A DNA stretch of 20,510 nucleotides, from positions 1-20,510 of the forward strand of contig DXJF01000071.1 in NCBI GenBank assembly GCA_019057375.1, written 5' to 3'. A program made the position numbers and the translations under genes. Source of the stretch: Candidatus Heimdallarchaeota archaeon. Lineage in GTDB: Archaea; Asgardarchaeota; Heimdallarchaeia; Heimdallarchaeales; Heimdallarchaeaceae. Shown in pieces: positions 1 to 8,685 of this stretch. The notes beneath the pieces were generated by a model, which was given only the letters and a program-made list of their open reading frames with translations, had not been told where the DNA came from and did not search any database. How positions within the stretch are numbered: the stretch's first letter is position 1; the number at the start of each line of letters is the position of its first letter.

Positions 1-39
1 CTAAAAAGTAGTTAAGAAAAAATGAAGAACAAAAGAACA

Positions 40-1047
40 TCAGATCACATCACCTTCAATTTTTTTCTTTTTCCAAGCATGGGTTATACGTTTCCATCCT
101 TTGACAAAATGGTGTTTCTCATATAACTTTAGAGCAGCTTCATTAGCGCTATCAACGACAAGACTCATAGTTTTGTATCCTTGTTTCTTGAGTGTAACAA
201 TTGCGTGGTTTAGCAGTTTAGATCCTAGTTGACGTCCTCTATATTCGGGAATGACGCCCATAATCCACAAATGACCATTCCCTTCTCCATGTGTAGGTTT
301 AACGAGTGTAAAACCTATGACTTTGGTTCCTTCAACAAGTACTATTGATGCATCATCTATCATTTTGTCTTCCTTATCAAAATGTTCTTCGAAATATTCT
401 TTTCTTTCTTCATCTGTTTCAGAAAGAAAATTCCTATCTCCACTTTCACTAAAGGAATCATAGAAACAAGTATACAGGTCATTATCAGCAGCATTTTTCA
501 AGAGAATAGTTTCTATTCCTTGTGGAAATTCTACTTCAAGAAGTTCTTGATCTGTTAAGTTAAGAGACATGAAAACAATTTCATCTTCCTCCATAAGATT
601 ACACTGAGGATATATGGAAGGATCAACGGGATATTTCTCTGAGGAATCCTTTTTCTCGTAACACAATTCTATTCTTGTGTGATCATTTTGTAATGCGTAG
701 TTTATACATTCTTTTAGTAAGAGTTGTGCAATTTCCAACCTTTTGGGTTCATTAGGAAGGATATGAATGTGTCCTCCTAATGCCCACGGATTAATCTCTA
801 ACCTTTTGGAATCATGTATAAAGAGAAGAATCCACCCCACTAATTTCTCTCCTTTGTAAGCCTTCACTATAACAGGAATCTCTTCAAAAACAAGATTCTT
901 TATCCAATTTCCTATTCCTTCAATAGATGCATTGATTTCAGGTTTTGTAATTTTCCAAAGATTACATGTTAAATGTGCTAGTTCTTGAACATTTAATTGT
1001 TCATCTAACAATTGAGTTTGAATTTGTATATGATTCATATGTCTCAT
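40..1047 (-). CDS. Tandem (two-domain) GNAT acetyltransferase, MshD/RimI-like
   Basis: 335 aa. C-terminal domain has acetyl-CoA motif A (MGVIPEYRGRQLGSKLL) and motif B (VDSANEAALKLYEKHHF). The N-terminal half has a degenerate GNAT pattern (LVGWILL ... RLEIAQLLLKECINYALQNDHTRIEL). Confidence 0.85.
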   Translation of the reverse strand: MRHMNHIQIQTQLLDEQLNVQELAHLTCNLWKITKPEINASIEGIGNWIKNLVFEEIPVIVKAYKGEKLVGWILLFIHDSKRLEINPWALGGHIHILPNEPKRLEIAQLLLKECINYALQNDHTRIELCYEKKDSSEKYPVDPSIYPQCNLMEEDEIVFMSLNLTDQELLEVEFPQGIETILLKNAADNDLYTCFYDSFSESGDRNFLSETDEERKEYFEEHFDKEDKMIDDASIVLVEGTKVIGFTLVKPTHGEGNGHLWIMGVIPEYRGRQLGSKLLNHAIVTLKKQGYKTMSLVVDSANEAALKLYEKHHFVKGWKRITHAWKKKKIEGDVI

Positions 1048-1160
1048 ACCTTTAGTTAGAATATTCAGTCATAGAATTCAGTTAATTTATAGAAATAAGG
1101 TTTATAAGAGTTTTATAGAAAATATAATAGGATTGAGATTCTATTTAGGAGATTTAGCAT

Positions 1161-1355
1161 ATGCGATTAAGGATTTTAGGAAATAGTGCTCTAAAGGTAT
1201 CAGAAATCAGCTTAGGAAGCAGGTTGTCTGTAGGAGAGAAGAATTTCTCTAACGAAAATGCAGGTTCCCCATCAATAGAGGAAAAAGAAACAGGATTAAA
1301 AATTCTAGAAAAAGCTGAGTTAGCTGAACTAGTAGAAAAGGGATTTGAGAAATAA
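1161..1355 (+). pseudogene. Truncated aldo/keto reductase, N-terminal fragment only
   Basis: MRLRILGNSALKVSEISLGSRLS matches the typical AKR start (MxYRxLGxSGLKVSEIxLG). There is a good RBS (AGGAGA) upstream. The ORF stops after 64 aa, before the GINFFDTA segment, whereas AKRs are ~300+ aa. Confidence 0.7.
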
Positions 1356-1393
1356 ATTCTTTTGTTGAATTAAATTAATTAAAAATAGGATTA

Positions 1394-2704
1394 TTAAACA
1401 TTAATAGATTTAGTTAACAAATCTTTGAGTCTTCTTTGAGCATTTTCTGCAATTATGTTCATTCTTCTCTCATCATGCCTTGATTCAAGGAAGTGAAAGT
1501 GAAAATTCATTCTATCACGCATGGTATAGACAAGTACAGTAATTGTACCAATAGCAAAGGAAACTGCTCCATAGAAAGATTCAATTGAGAATTTCTTTGA
1601 GTCAAGTTTGATCCCCATCCTATCTAAAGAACCTAGATTTGTTATTGCAAATGCTTCTTGATTCCCAGCTATTTCAATGAATATTGGACCCAATTCATTA
1701 AGGATTTTGAGAGATACACCTGTATGAACCATTTTGTGAATTTTGAAAACCTTCTTGTCTCGTAAACCAAAATATAATTTTCTCTGATATTTTTTTGCAT
1801 TTTTCCAAAAATCTCTTCTCTCATTATACTTCTTCCTTATGACAGTTCCTCCAGCGTAAAGTCCAAATGCTTCACCTATTGGAAAAGCTAGTCTCTCTCT
1901 AAGATTCACTGGATTATTTATAGTAGATATTTCTGGGAGAAAAAGTGTACATACTGCACTATGAACAGCTAGTCTATTCTTTTTACACAATTTTAGAAAC
2001 TGGTTAGTTTCCTCTTCATCTAGATACCATGTTATTAATCTCAAATCATCTTTCTTGTATTCATCTGCATGTATGACATCTTCTTTCTTCTTACCAAACT
2101 TGATGAAATAATATATTCTCATAAAGAAAAAGAAGATTTTGGTACGAAAAGTTGTTTTTGGAATTCTTCTTCTGATTTTAGAAGGAAAAATATCTTCTTC
2201 TTTTGAAGGAGAAGTTATTGGTGAAATTTCTGCATCAGGATAGTTCAAGAAATGAACAAGATCTCGAGTAAGAAAAACCATAGACAGACCATCAGTAATC
2301 GTATGCTGACCACAGAGAATTAAATCTGTTTGCTCTTCAGAAGTGAGTAATGTTGTCCTGAATAAGGGTAAATGTATATTTTCATAATCGAAAGGAGTTT
2401 CTAAATTTTCAAGAAATAGAGAGTTAGTATGTGTGTCATTTTTGTATTGGGCAGTTACAAATGGTATCTCTTGAACCTCTTCAGATGTTAACCAATAATC
2501 TTCATTTTCATCAATTTCCACCCTAGCTTTTAGTAAAGGATGCATCTCTTGAGCTTTCTTTAGAGCACCACTTAATTCTTCTTCAGAGATTTTCCCTTTG
2601 ATTCTAAGTACTACAACTAAATTGTAAGGTTGTCCTATTGAAAAATTAAGATACTCCAAATCATTTAGCTTTCTTCTCATAAGAATCATTCGTCCATTTA
2701 ACAA
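1394..2704 (-). CDS. CoA-dependent acyltransferase, condensation-domain / PapA5 / alcohol acetyltransferase-like
   Basis: 436 aa with HxxxDG catalytic motif (QHTITDG), N-terminal ALKKAQEMHPLLKARV, PLFRTTLL and C-terminal AITNLG, all typical of the CAT/condensation fold. The true start may be one of the ATGs a few codons after the TTG at 2704. Confidence 0.75.
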   Translation of the reverse strand: MLNGRMILMRRKLNDLEYLNFSIGQPYNLVVVLRIKGKISEEELSGALKKAQEMHPLLKARVEIDENEDYWLTSEEVQEIPFVTAQYKNDTHTNSLFLENLETPFDYENIHLPLFRTTLLTSEEQTDLILCGQHTITDGLSMVFLTRDLVHFLNYPDAEISPITSPSKEEDIFPSKIRRRIPKTTFRTKIFFFFMRIYYFIKFGKKKEDVIHADEYKKDDLRLITWYLDEEETNQFLKLCKKNRLAVHSAVCTLFLPEISTINNPVNLRERLAFPIGEAFGLYAGGTVIRKKYNERRDFWKNAKKYQRKLYFGLRDKKVFKIHKMVHTGVSLKILNELGPIFIEIAGNQEAFAITNLGSLDRMGIKLDSKKFSIESFYGAVSFAIGTITVLVYTMRDRMNFHFHFLESRHDERRMNIIAENAQRRLKDLLTKSINV

Positions 2705-2784
2705 TAAATTGGTTTATTCTTTCTTTCCAGATATGTAGAGATAATGAGGAATCTATAAATAGATTTTCTAGATAACTAATACTA

Positions 2785-3657
2785 ATGTGTGGATATAGAA
2801 AACAACTAAAACAAGGCTATAAGAAACTTAACAATATAAAATCCAAAATCTATAAATCCAAACTAGGGGACATAGAATATATGTTAGAGGGAGAGGGGTC
2901 AACAGTTCTTGTTTCGCACGGTCATTCAGGTGGAATAGATCAAGGCATCCTTCTGGCAAACAATTTCTTTGATAAGAATTATAGATTCTTGTTTGTATCT
3001 AGATTTGGTTATTTGAAATCTTCAATTCCAAAAATTCCCTCGGCAGAATTACAAGCAGATGCCTTCAAGGAATTGTTAGATCATTTGGAGATTGACAATA
3101 TAATTATGTACGCAAATTCAGCTGGAAGTACTTCAGTTCTACAGTTTGCCATTAAGTATCCACAATTATGTAGTGCTATTATCCTCCAGTCAGCAAATGC
3201 ACCTTTAGATTTCAAACCTAGAGCTCCTCCTAAATTCATTTTTAAGTCAAACGTTCTATATTGGTTTTTCTTGAAATTGTTTGGAAGTATGATGTTTTCA
3301 ATGTTTGTTCCTAAAACAATTCTGAAAGAATTACCAAGAGAAGAAAAGAAGAGTTTAATGGATGAAGTTTTCTTTTCAGTTCTTCCAGTTACAGAAAGAA
3401 GCAAGGGCTGTATTTTTGATTCTTTTATCTCTAATCCTTCTATTTGCGACAACCTAACTTATGAGAAAATTGTTTCACCAACACTTATTCTAAATGCCAC
3501 AGATGACCCTGCTACAGTTATTTCTGGTGCTAGAACGCTATCTAAGAAAATACCTAACAGTAAGCTTATTGAGTTTGAATCAGGAGGTCACTTACTTCAC
3601 AGACAAGTAGACAAAGCTAAAGGAGAAATATGTAGATTTCTTAAAGAATTCTTATAA
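2785..3657 (+). CDS. Alpha/beta hydrolase
   Basis: 290 aa. Oxyanion region SHGHSGG, nucleophile elbow ANSAG (GxSxG variant), acid in ATDDP, catalytic His in GGHLL. Confidence 0.85.
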   Translation: MCGYRKQLKQGYKKLNNIKSKIYKSKLGDIEYMLEGEGSTVLVSHGHSGGIDQGILLANNFFDKNYRFLFVSRFGYLKSSIPKIPSAELQADAFKELLDHLEIDNIIMYANSAGSTSVLQFAIKYPQLCSAIILQSANAPLDFKPRAPPKFIFKSNVLYWFFLKLFGSMMFSMFVPKTILKELPREEKKSLMDEVFFSVLPVTERSKGCIFDSFISNPSICDNLTYEKIVSPTLILNATDDPATVISGARTLSKKIPNSKLIEFESGGHLLHRQVDKAKGEICRFLKEFL

Positions 3658-3783
3658 AGTTTAATATGATAAACTTAAGTCTCTGCTACATTCTGGAAAA
3701 ATACCTTCGAATTACTAAAATTCTGAAAGAGAGCAATTGCAGAATTTCATCAACTGCTCGTGAAATAAGGCAAGCAATAAATG

Positions 3784-3833
3784 AAAAAGGGAAAAAAAGG
3801 GAGAAGAGTAAACCTAGAAAATAGAGAAAAAAA
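3784..3833 (-). terminator. Possible archaeal oligo-T terminator downstream of the NosD gene
   Basis: Minus strand directly after the stop codon reads T7 (3833-3827) followed by further T7 and T5 tracts. Oligo-T termination is established for archaea, but T-runs are common in this AT-rich DNA. Confidence 0.3.
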
Positions 3834-3837
3834 GAAT

Positions 3838-5001
3838 CTATTTCCTTTTCTTAATGTATACAGCTAATGGTATTGCCAGGAATATAGTAATCATGACGAA
3901 TGACAAGTAACCACTAATATATTCAAAAATCACTGGAACATAACCTAAAGGATAAAGGTCTTCAGAACCTACTGCACCATCAATAGTATAGGAACTACCA
4001 GTTGAACCAGTAAAATCGTCCCACCAATTACCCTCTAGTAACACTTCATCATACCATTGATCTCCAGCGTCATCTAACGCTTGAATTGTACTGCCAGCAA
4101 GATTATTATCAAAGAATGCATTATGATATATCTTGTTAATTCCTACGGAAAGAGACATGCTTAGCCCATATGATGTACTAGATTCAAAGTGATTGTTAGT
4201 GATTAAACTATTTGATGAACCCACTATCCTCATGCCAAAGAAATTGCCAATTAGATAATTATTGGAAATAATTAAATCTAGGCTGTTTTCGGCCAAAATT
4301 CCAGTATCAACATTATTTGAACAATTATTATGAGTGATGCTTGTACCATTTGAGTTCTCTATACTTATTCCTATCCCAGTAGTTTCGTCGAGTATATTTT
4401 TGTGTATTATAACTCCATGAGAATCTAGTATGTGAATACCAAGTTCTGCAACAATCTTATTATTCTTAACGTAAGTGAAGTCAGATTCTCTTATATCGAT
4501 TCCACCTGTAAAGGAGACTATATAGTTATCATTAATTGCAGAGCTTATTCCTCCATTTAGTTTAATACCATCATTTCCTGTTGAGATTATCACATTATTG
4601 AGAATGACTACCGTTTCTTCAGCCATGTTCTGATATTTACCTAAGTAGATTGCATAGTTTGTGTCTGTCTTCAGAAAACAATTTTGGATAATGAAATGTT
4701 TAGTAGTATATCCACCGAAATTAAGACAATAATCACCAGAAGTTGTGATATTGTAATTTTCAATACGATAAGGGTCAACAGCTGATCCTTCTCCAGGCAA
4801 TCCATAAGATTCAAAATCAGAATCATAATCAATAGTCATTGGTGACTGTACAATCAAATCTTCTAATGATGGTTGATCTGAGGGGAAACTCAAGGATGTT
4901 TTAGCAGATGAGTTACTAACTCCTGCATCTAATGCAACATTATAAAGAATTAAGAGAGATAGAATTAACATTATTGATACTTTTAGATTGTTTTTTTTCA
5001 C
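3838..5001 (-). CDS. Membrane-anchored right-handed beta-helix (NosD/CASH) surface protein
   Basis: 387 aa, GTG start. N-terminal signal/TM, PGEGSAVDPYRIEN motif, repeated GIxIxxSxxxxIxxN beta-helix coils, GNWWDD...EDLYPL, C-terminal TM plus KKRK tail. Confidence 0.85.
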   Translation of the reverse strand: MKKNNLKVSIMLILSLLILYNVALDAGVSNSSAKTSLSFPSDQPSLEDLIVQSPMTIDYDSDFESYGLPGEGSAVDPYRIENYNITTSGDYCLNFGGYTTKHFIIQNCFLKTDTNYAIYLGKYQNMAEETVVILNNVIISTGNDGIKLNGGISSAINDNYIVSFTGGIDIRESDFTYVKNNKIVAELGIHILDSHGVIIHKNILDETTGIGISIENSNGTSITHNNCSNNVDTGILAENSLDLIISNNYLIGNFFGMRIVGSSNSLITNNHFESSTSYGLSMSLSVGINKIYHNAFFDNNLAGSTIQALDDAGDQWYDEVLLEGNWWDDFTGSTGSSYTIDGAVGSEDLYPLGYVPVIFEYISGYLSFVMITIFLAIPLAVYIKKRK

Positions 5002-5073
5002 TTTAGTTCATTCCTAAAATTAACTGCTATATATTACAATTTTAGTATGCTATTAACGTGTTATTAAGTATTT

Positions 5074-5255
5074 TTGAGACTCATTATTCGCAACTTTACA
5101 GCAGATGATTGGCAAGAACAGCATGAAATAGCTATGGATCATGAGCAATCAGAGTATGCAAAATATAATCAAGGCCATGGCCAGATGATCTAGGGGGATA
5201 TAGGGGGGTAGCAGAATGGTTTGCTAAGAACCTCGAGAAAGAATGGAGAAAATAG
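5074..5255 (+). pseudogene. Frameshifted N-terminal remnant of a RimJ/RimL-type GNAT acetyltransferase (not in ORF track)
   Basis: Frame from 5074 reads LRLIIRNFTADDWQEQHEIAMDHEQSEYAKYNQG. After a 1-nt shift at ~5175 it continues PWPDDLGGYRGVAEWFAKNLEKEWRK* (stop 5253-5255). RLIIRxFTxDDW is the characteristic RimJ/RimL N-terminus. No start codon remains (in-frame TAA at 5065). Confidence 0.6.
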
Positions 5256-5353
5256 GAGATGAATGAGAAAAAAATCAGAAGGAATAAATATACAAATTCA
5301 TGAACAAGAGATAATTTTAATAAGTTTAGAGTGTTTTAGAATATTTAGTAGAG

Positions 5354-6298
5354 GTGGGAATAATATTGTTTCGAAGAATCAAAGGAATCTCTAATATTGC
5401 GGAGTTAGTGTTGACAGTATTAATTTCTAGTTTCCTCTTGAAATTCATACTAAGAGTCACACCTGTAGGATGTGCGTTTTTTATACCGTATAAGATTTCT
5501 GTTTTTGACATTTCAGTTATTATAATACTCTGTGTTTTCTCTATTTTAGTTTTTATCTATTTTATATTTAATGAAATTCATGATAAAAGAAGGAAAATTC
5601 TTTTTTTGAATCAACGTTTAGTGAATGTAATTCTTAGTCTCTTAGGTCTTTTTTATTTGTTTAACTGGTTTGACAAGTTCTGTATTCATTATCGCATTTG
5701 GGTATCGATTTACTCTTTCATAGCTCTTCCATGTTGCTTGGCACTTCCTTTCATTTACCTCATCCTAAGAAGAATGAAACAAAGTTTTTGCGAACCAGAA
5801 AAGTATAAACTTCACAATCTCAAGATTTTTCTAGCTAAATTGTGGAAAACTTTTGCATTTATCGTTTACGAAACTCTGCTAGTTGTGGTTATCATATTGT
5901 TTTTTTATACCTTACCAATCGTTTATCCTTTTACAAATATAGGGTGTGCGTGGGGACTAGTCTACAATGTCCATTATTCAACAATTTTATTCCTTATTAC
6001 AATATTTCTAATTTCAACTATAAGCTTCATAAAACCATTCTTTACTAAGAAGATACTCATTTCTGATGCATTTCCCCTGATTTTTTTGAGATTTATTATT
6101 CTCATTACAACACTAGTAGGGAGAAAGTATTTTGCTTCATATCAGCAAGGAAACTGTGTCATTATGTCTCAAGAAAGCTGGATATTAATTATAGCAACGA
6201 CTTGGATTCTTAGTGTTTCATTAGTTTTGTTCTTATTGAAATATATTATAGATGTAGTAAGAGGTTATGTAAACATCCATAAGAGCAATAGACAATAG
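5354..6298 (+). CDS. Hypothetical polytopic membrane protein (~8 TM, two 4-TM repeats)
   Basis: 314 aa, GTG start. About eight hydrophobic segments; GCA motif repeated at residues 39-41 and 197-199. No family recognised. Confidence 0.7.
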   Translation: MGIILFRRIKGISNIAELVLTVLISSFLLKFILRVTPVGCAFFIPYKISVFDISVIIILCVFSILVFIYFIFNEIHDKRRKILFLNQRLVNVILSLLGLFYLFNWFDKFCIHYRIWVSIYSFIALPCCLALPFIYLILRRMKQSFCEPEKYKLHNLKIFLAKLWKTFAFIVYETLLVVVIILFFYTLPIVYPFTNIGCAWGLVYNVHYSTILFLITIFLISTISFIKPFFTKKILISDAFPLIFLRFIILITTLVGRKYFASYQQGNCVIMSQESWILIIATTWILSVSLVLFLLKYIIDVVRGYVNIHKSNRQ

Positions 6299-6421
6299 AA
6301 CATCTTTTTCAATAAAAACTGTTTATTCTGTATTGGATTCTCTCTACAGCTTTTTTAGTTTTATTGATTACTTACATCTCTATTTTCAAGTAATGGTGTG
6401 AGAAGCTGAGAACCTTTCAAA

Positions 6422-6846
6422 TTGGGTACAATAAATCAACTAAAAACAATAATGAAAGCTAGAAAAGTAAAACAAAAAGATTGATTGGGATGATGACAAA
6501 GATTAGAGATGAAATAACAGGAGAAGTAAGAACAGATGGATCTATAAAAAAATCTCTAACTAAAAAAGACCAAGAGAGCGTAGATGAAGCTTATGAAATA
6601 AACAAGAAGATATTGATTGCTTCAGGAGCAAAACCAGAGACTATAACTAGGGGTGTAAATGAGTCAGGTCATCCTTGTTGTACCACTCCAATTGGAAAAG
6701 TAGTGGATGACAATCAGGAAACTAAAATAAATTATTTGTTTGAAAGTGATGCAAGTGCATTTCCTGGTCCTTTAGGAACGCCACCCATATTGACAATAGT
6801 TGCTCTATCTAAAGAATCGGCTAAGTATTTATTCGCAAATACTTGA
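6422..6846 (+). pseudogene. C-terminal remnant of a GMC-family oxidoreductase
   Basis: ORF 6481-6846 has GHPCCTTPIGKVVD...NYLFESDASAFPGPLGTPPILTIVALS, the GMC C-terminal signature (HxxGT..G.VVD...L.V.DAS.P...G.PP.LTI.AL). There is no FAD-binding GxGxxG N-terminus. A different frame just upstream (6422-6484, ...IMKARKVKQKD*) looks like the frameshifted continuation. Confidence 0.75.
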
Positions 6847-7136
6847 AATAATAAGTTGTTCTGAGTTTTTCTTAACTCCAGTGGAAGTTTGCTTAATTTC
6901 CATTGCCGAAAAGGTACTATTATACAACAAAGAAGAGGAAACAAGAAGATACCTTACCAACAAATAAGACAAAATCTATTGCATTGTGCTGAAAGAATCA
7001 CTGGGTGATAATAAGTAATCTAGAAGAAGAATTCCTTAAAAATCTGTTTAAAAATAAATAGTTCTTATATCAAGACAAAAGAAAAATACTGCACTTTATA
7101 AAGTATAAATTTGTGAGAAATATATGGGATTGCAGG

Positions 7137-8252
7137 TTAAGGAGTTAATTCATATTCTAATTGTTGCTTGATTTTTGGAATTTCTAATAAATCATTAGTA
7201 GTGTCCATTGATTGTTTTTTGCTTTTGTTAGTCAATAGTGCATTTGCACAGTCAATACTTTCTGGAATTACTATGCTTTCTTGAGGAACAGCAAGAAGTA
7301 TTTCCAAAGAATCATCAAAGTCACACATTTTTTTAACTTGAGCTGCAACAACATATGAATCCTGGTTCCAAAATTGTCTGCTTATTTCAAACAAATCTCC
7401 GCTGAATAAACCAGGGGGGTTAATTACAGCTATTCTAGGGTCTTTTCTTAATAACTCTTCAACATCTTCTGATTCAATATTGTCTTTAAATAGAACAGTA
7501 AGCGAGTGTCCATGAAAATGCGACATTGGAACTGCAAAAGCTGTTGTTCCTATTTTCAAATTAGGGTATATTGTGTTTAAGTCATGTCCGTGATGGGAAT
7601 TTGCCTCTGCTTTGAATGCATCAATAAAGCTTCCTTTTTTTGAACTTGGATCTATGCTTCTTCTCACCAATGTGTTGTAAGCTCTGTCTATTTCAGGAAT
7701 CTTTTTGTTTTGCAATAAAGAATATAGTGGTCTTCCCATTCCTGTTGTGTTGCAACTTACAACTCGTTGATTTAGAGATTCATTACTAACCTTGTCATAA
7801 CAAGGATTTGCTATAAAACTAGATTCAGCAACTTCTGGCGATTCACCGCCTTGGTAAATGACTTTAAGCGGTTTTAAGCCAATTTCTTCACGTTTTTGTT
7901 TCAGAATTTTGTGTTCATACAATATTTTATTATTAATTCCCATTTTACTCGGAGTTGCATCAAAAATTATATCCGCTTCTAACAATAGATCAATTAGATG
8001 TCCTGATGGATTATACTTATCAAAATCAGCTTTTTTGCTTTTTAATCTAATCTGCATATCATCAAAAGAATATTTTTCCATGTTAATGTTCTTGCTAACA
8101 TAAAATGGATGTTTAGAAATTAGATCTTTGAATCTGCCTCCTATGCTTGTTTTTGCAAACCCGGCAACTTCATAATCTTTGTGTTCTTCCATTTCATTAA
8201 TTATTCTCCATCCAATAGCTCCTGTACCTACTATGCCAACTCTATAAGTCAA
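7137..8252 (-). CDS. gap: Archaeal type II glyceraldehyde-3-phosphate dehydrogenase
   Basis: 371 aa, TTG start with AGAGGTG RBS. Rossmann GTGAIG, DATP, IYQGGE, catalytic RVVSCNTTG, SHHGHDL and VPMSHFHGH all match archaeal type II GAPDH. Confidence 0.9.
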   Translation of the reverse strand: MTYRVGIVGTGAIGWRIINEMEEHKDYEVAGFAKTSIGGRFKDLISKHPFYVSKNINMEKYSFDDMQIRLKSKKADFDKYNPSGHLIDLLLEADIIFDATPSKMGINNKILYEHKILKQKREEIGLKPLKVIYQGGESPEVAESSFIANPCYDKVSNESLNQRVVSCNTTGMGRPLYSLLQNKKIPEIDRAYNTLVRRSIDPSSKKGSFIDAFKAEANSHHGHDLNTIYPNLKIGTTAFAVPMSHFHGHSLTVLFKDNIESEDVEELLRKDPRIAVINPPGLFSGDLFEISRQFWNQDSYVVAAQVKKMCDFDDSLEILLAVPQESIVIPESIDCANALLTNKSKKQSMDTTNDLLEIPKIKQQLEYELTP

Positions 8253-8685
8253 GAATATAACACCTCTATATTAACTGTCGATTTTTAATCATACCTACTT
8301 TAAATATCTTATCCTACAACTGTACTCACTCTCATTTTTTTCTACTCAACAGGTATCACTTTCTAAAAAATGAGATGATGTATTATTGAATGTTCAAGGA
8401 AAAAAAATTATCACAGATTCTTAAAAGAATCTAAAGAATGACTTAATTGTTTTCCTAATATATCTAGGGAATTTCGTGGATAGAATTTTCCCACAAGATC
8501 ATTTTTCATTATGATGCAATCTAGAACAACTTCTCATAAGTAGGAGGTACTAGAAATTCATGAATTTGTATTTTAGTTTGCACAGTAGATTTCTAGATAT
8601 AAAAAAATAAATAATCGGTTGAATTCAAAAGAGATTAAATTTGTCAGACAAAGTATATTAATCTTTGAAATAAGATAGAATTTGT

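Noticed and set aside
3081-3452. 123-aa minus-strand ORF
   Set aside because: Antisense shadow wholly inside the well-supported alpha/beta hydrolase.
3666-3824. 52-aa plus-strand ORF MINLSLCYILEKY...KSKPRK (below ORF-track cutoff)
   Set aside because: No recognisable motif or RBS, and its Lys-rich end is the complement of the T-tracts after the NosD gene. Cannot be supported as a gene.
5191-5240. G-rich stretch TAGGGGGATATAGGGGGGTAGCAGAATGG resembling a tRNA 5' end
   Set aside because: No T-loop or acceptor-stem complement follows; better explained as the GGYRGVAEW codons of the GNAT remnant.
5326-6048. ORFs 5326-5511 (-) and 5842-6048 (+)
   Set aside because: They overlap the 314-aa membrane protein in other frames and have no motifs.
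6942-6955. CAAGAAGATACCTT, a possible inverted fifth copy of the dispersed repeat
   Set aside because: Matches only ~13 nt with a gap, and the flanks do not align convincingly.
6732-8103. ORFs 6732-6944 (-) and 7858-8103 (+)
   Set aside because: Antisense shadows of the GMC remnant and gap.
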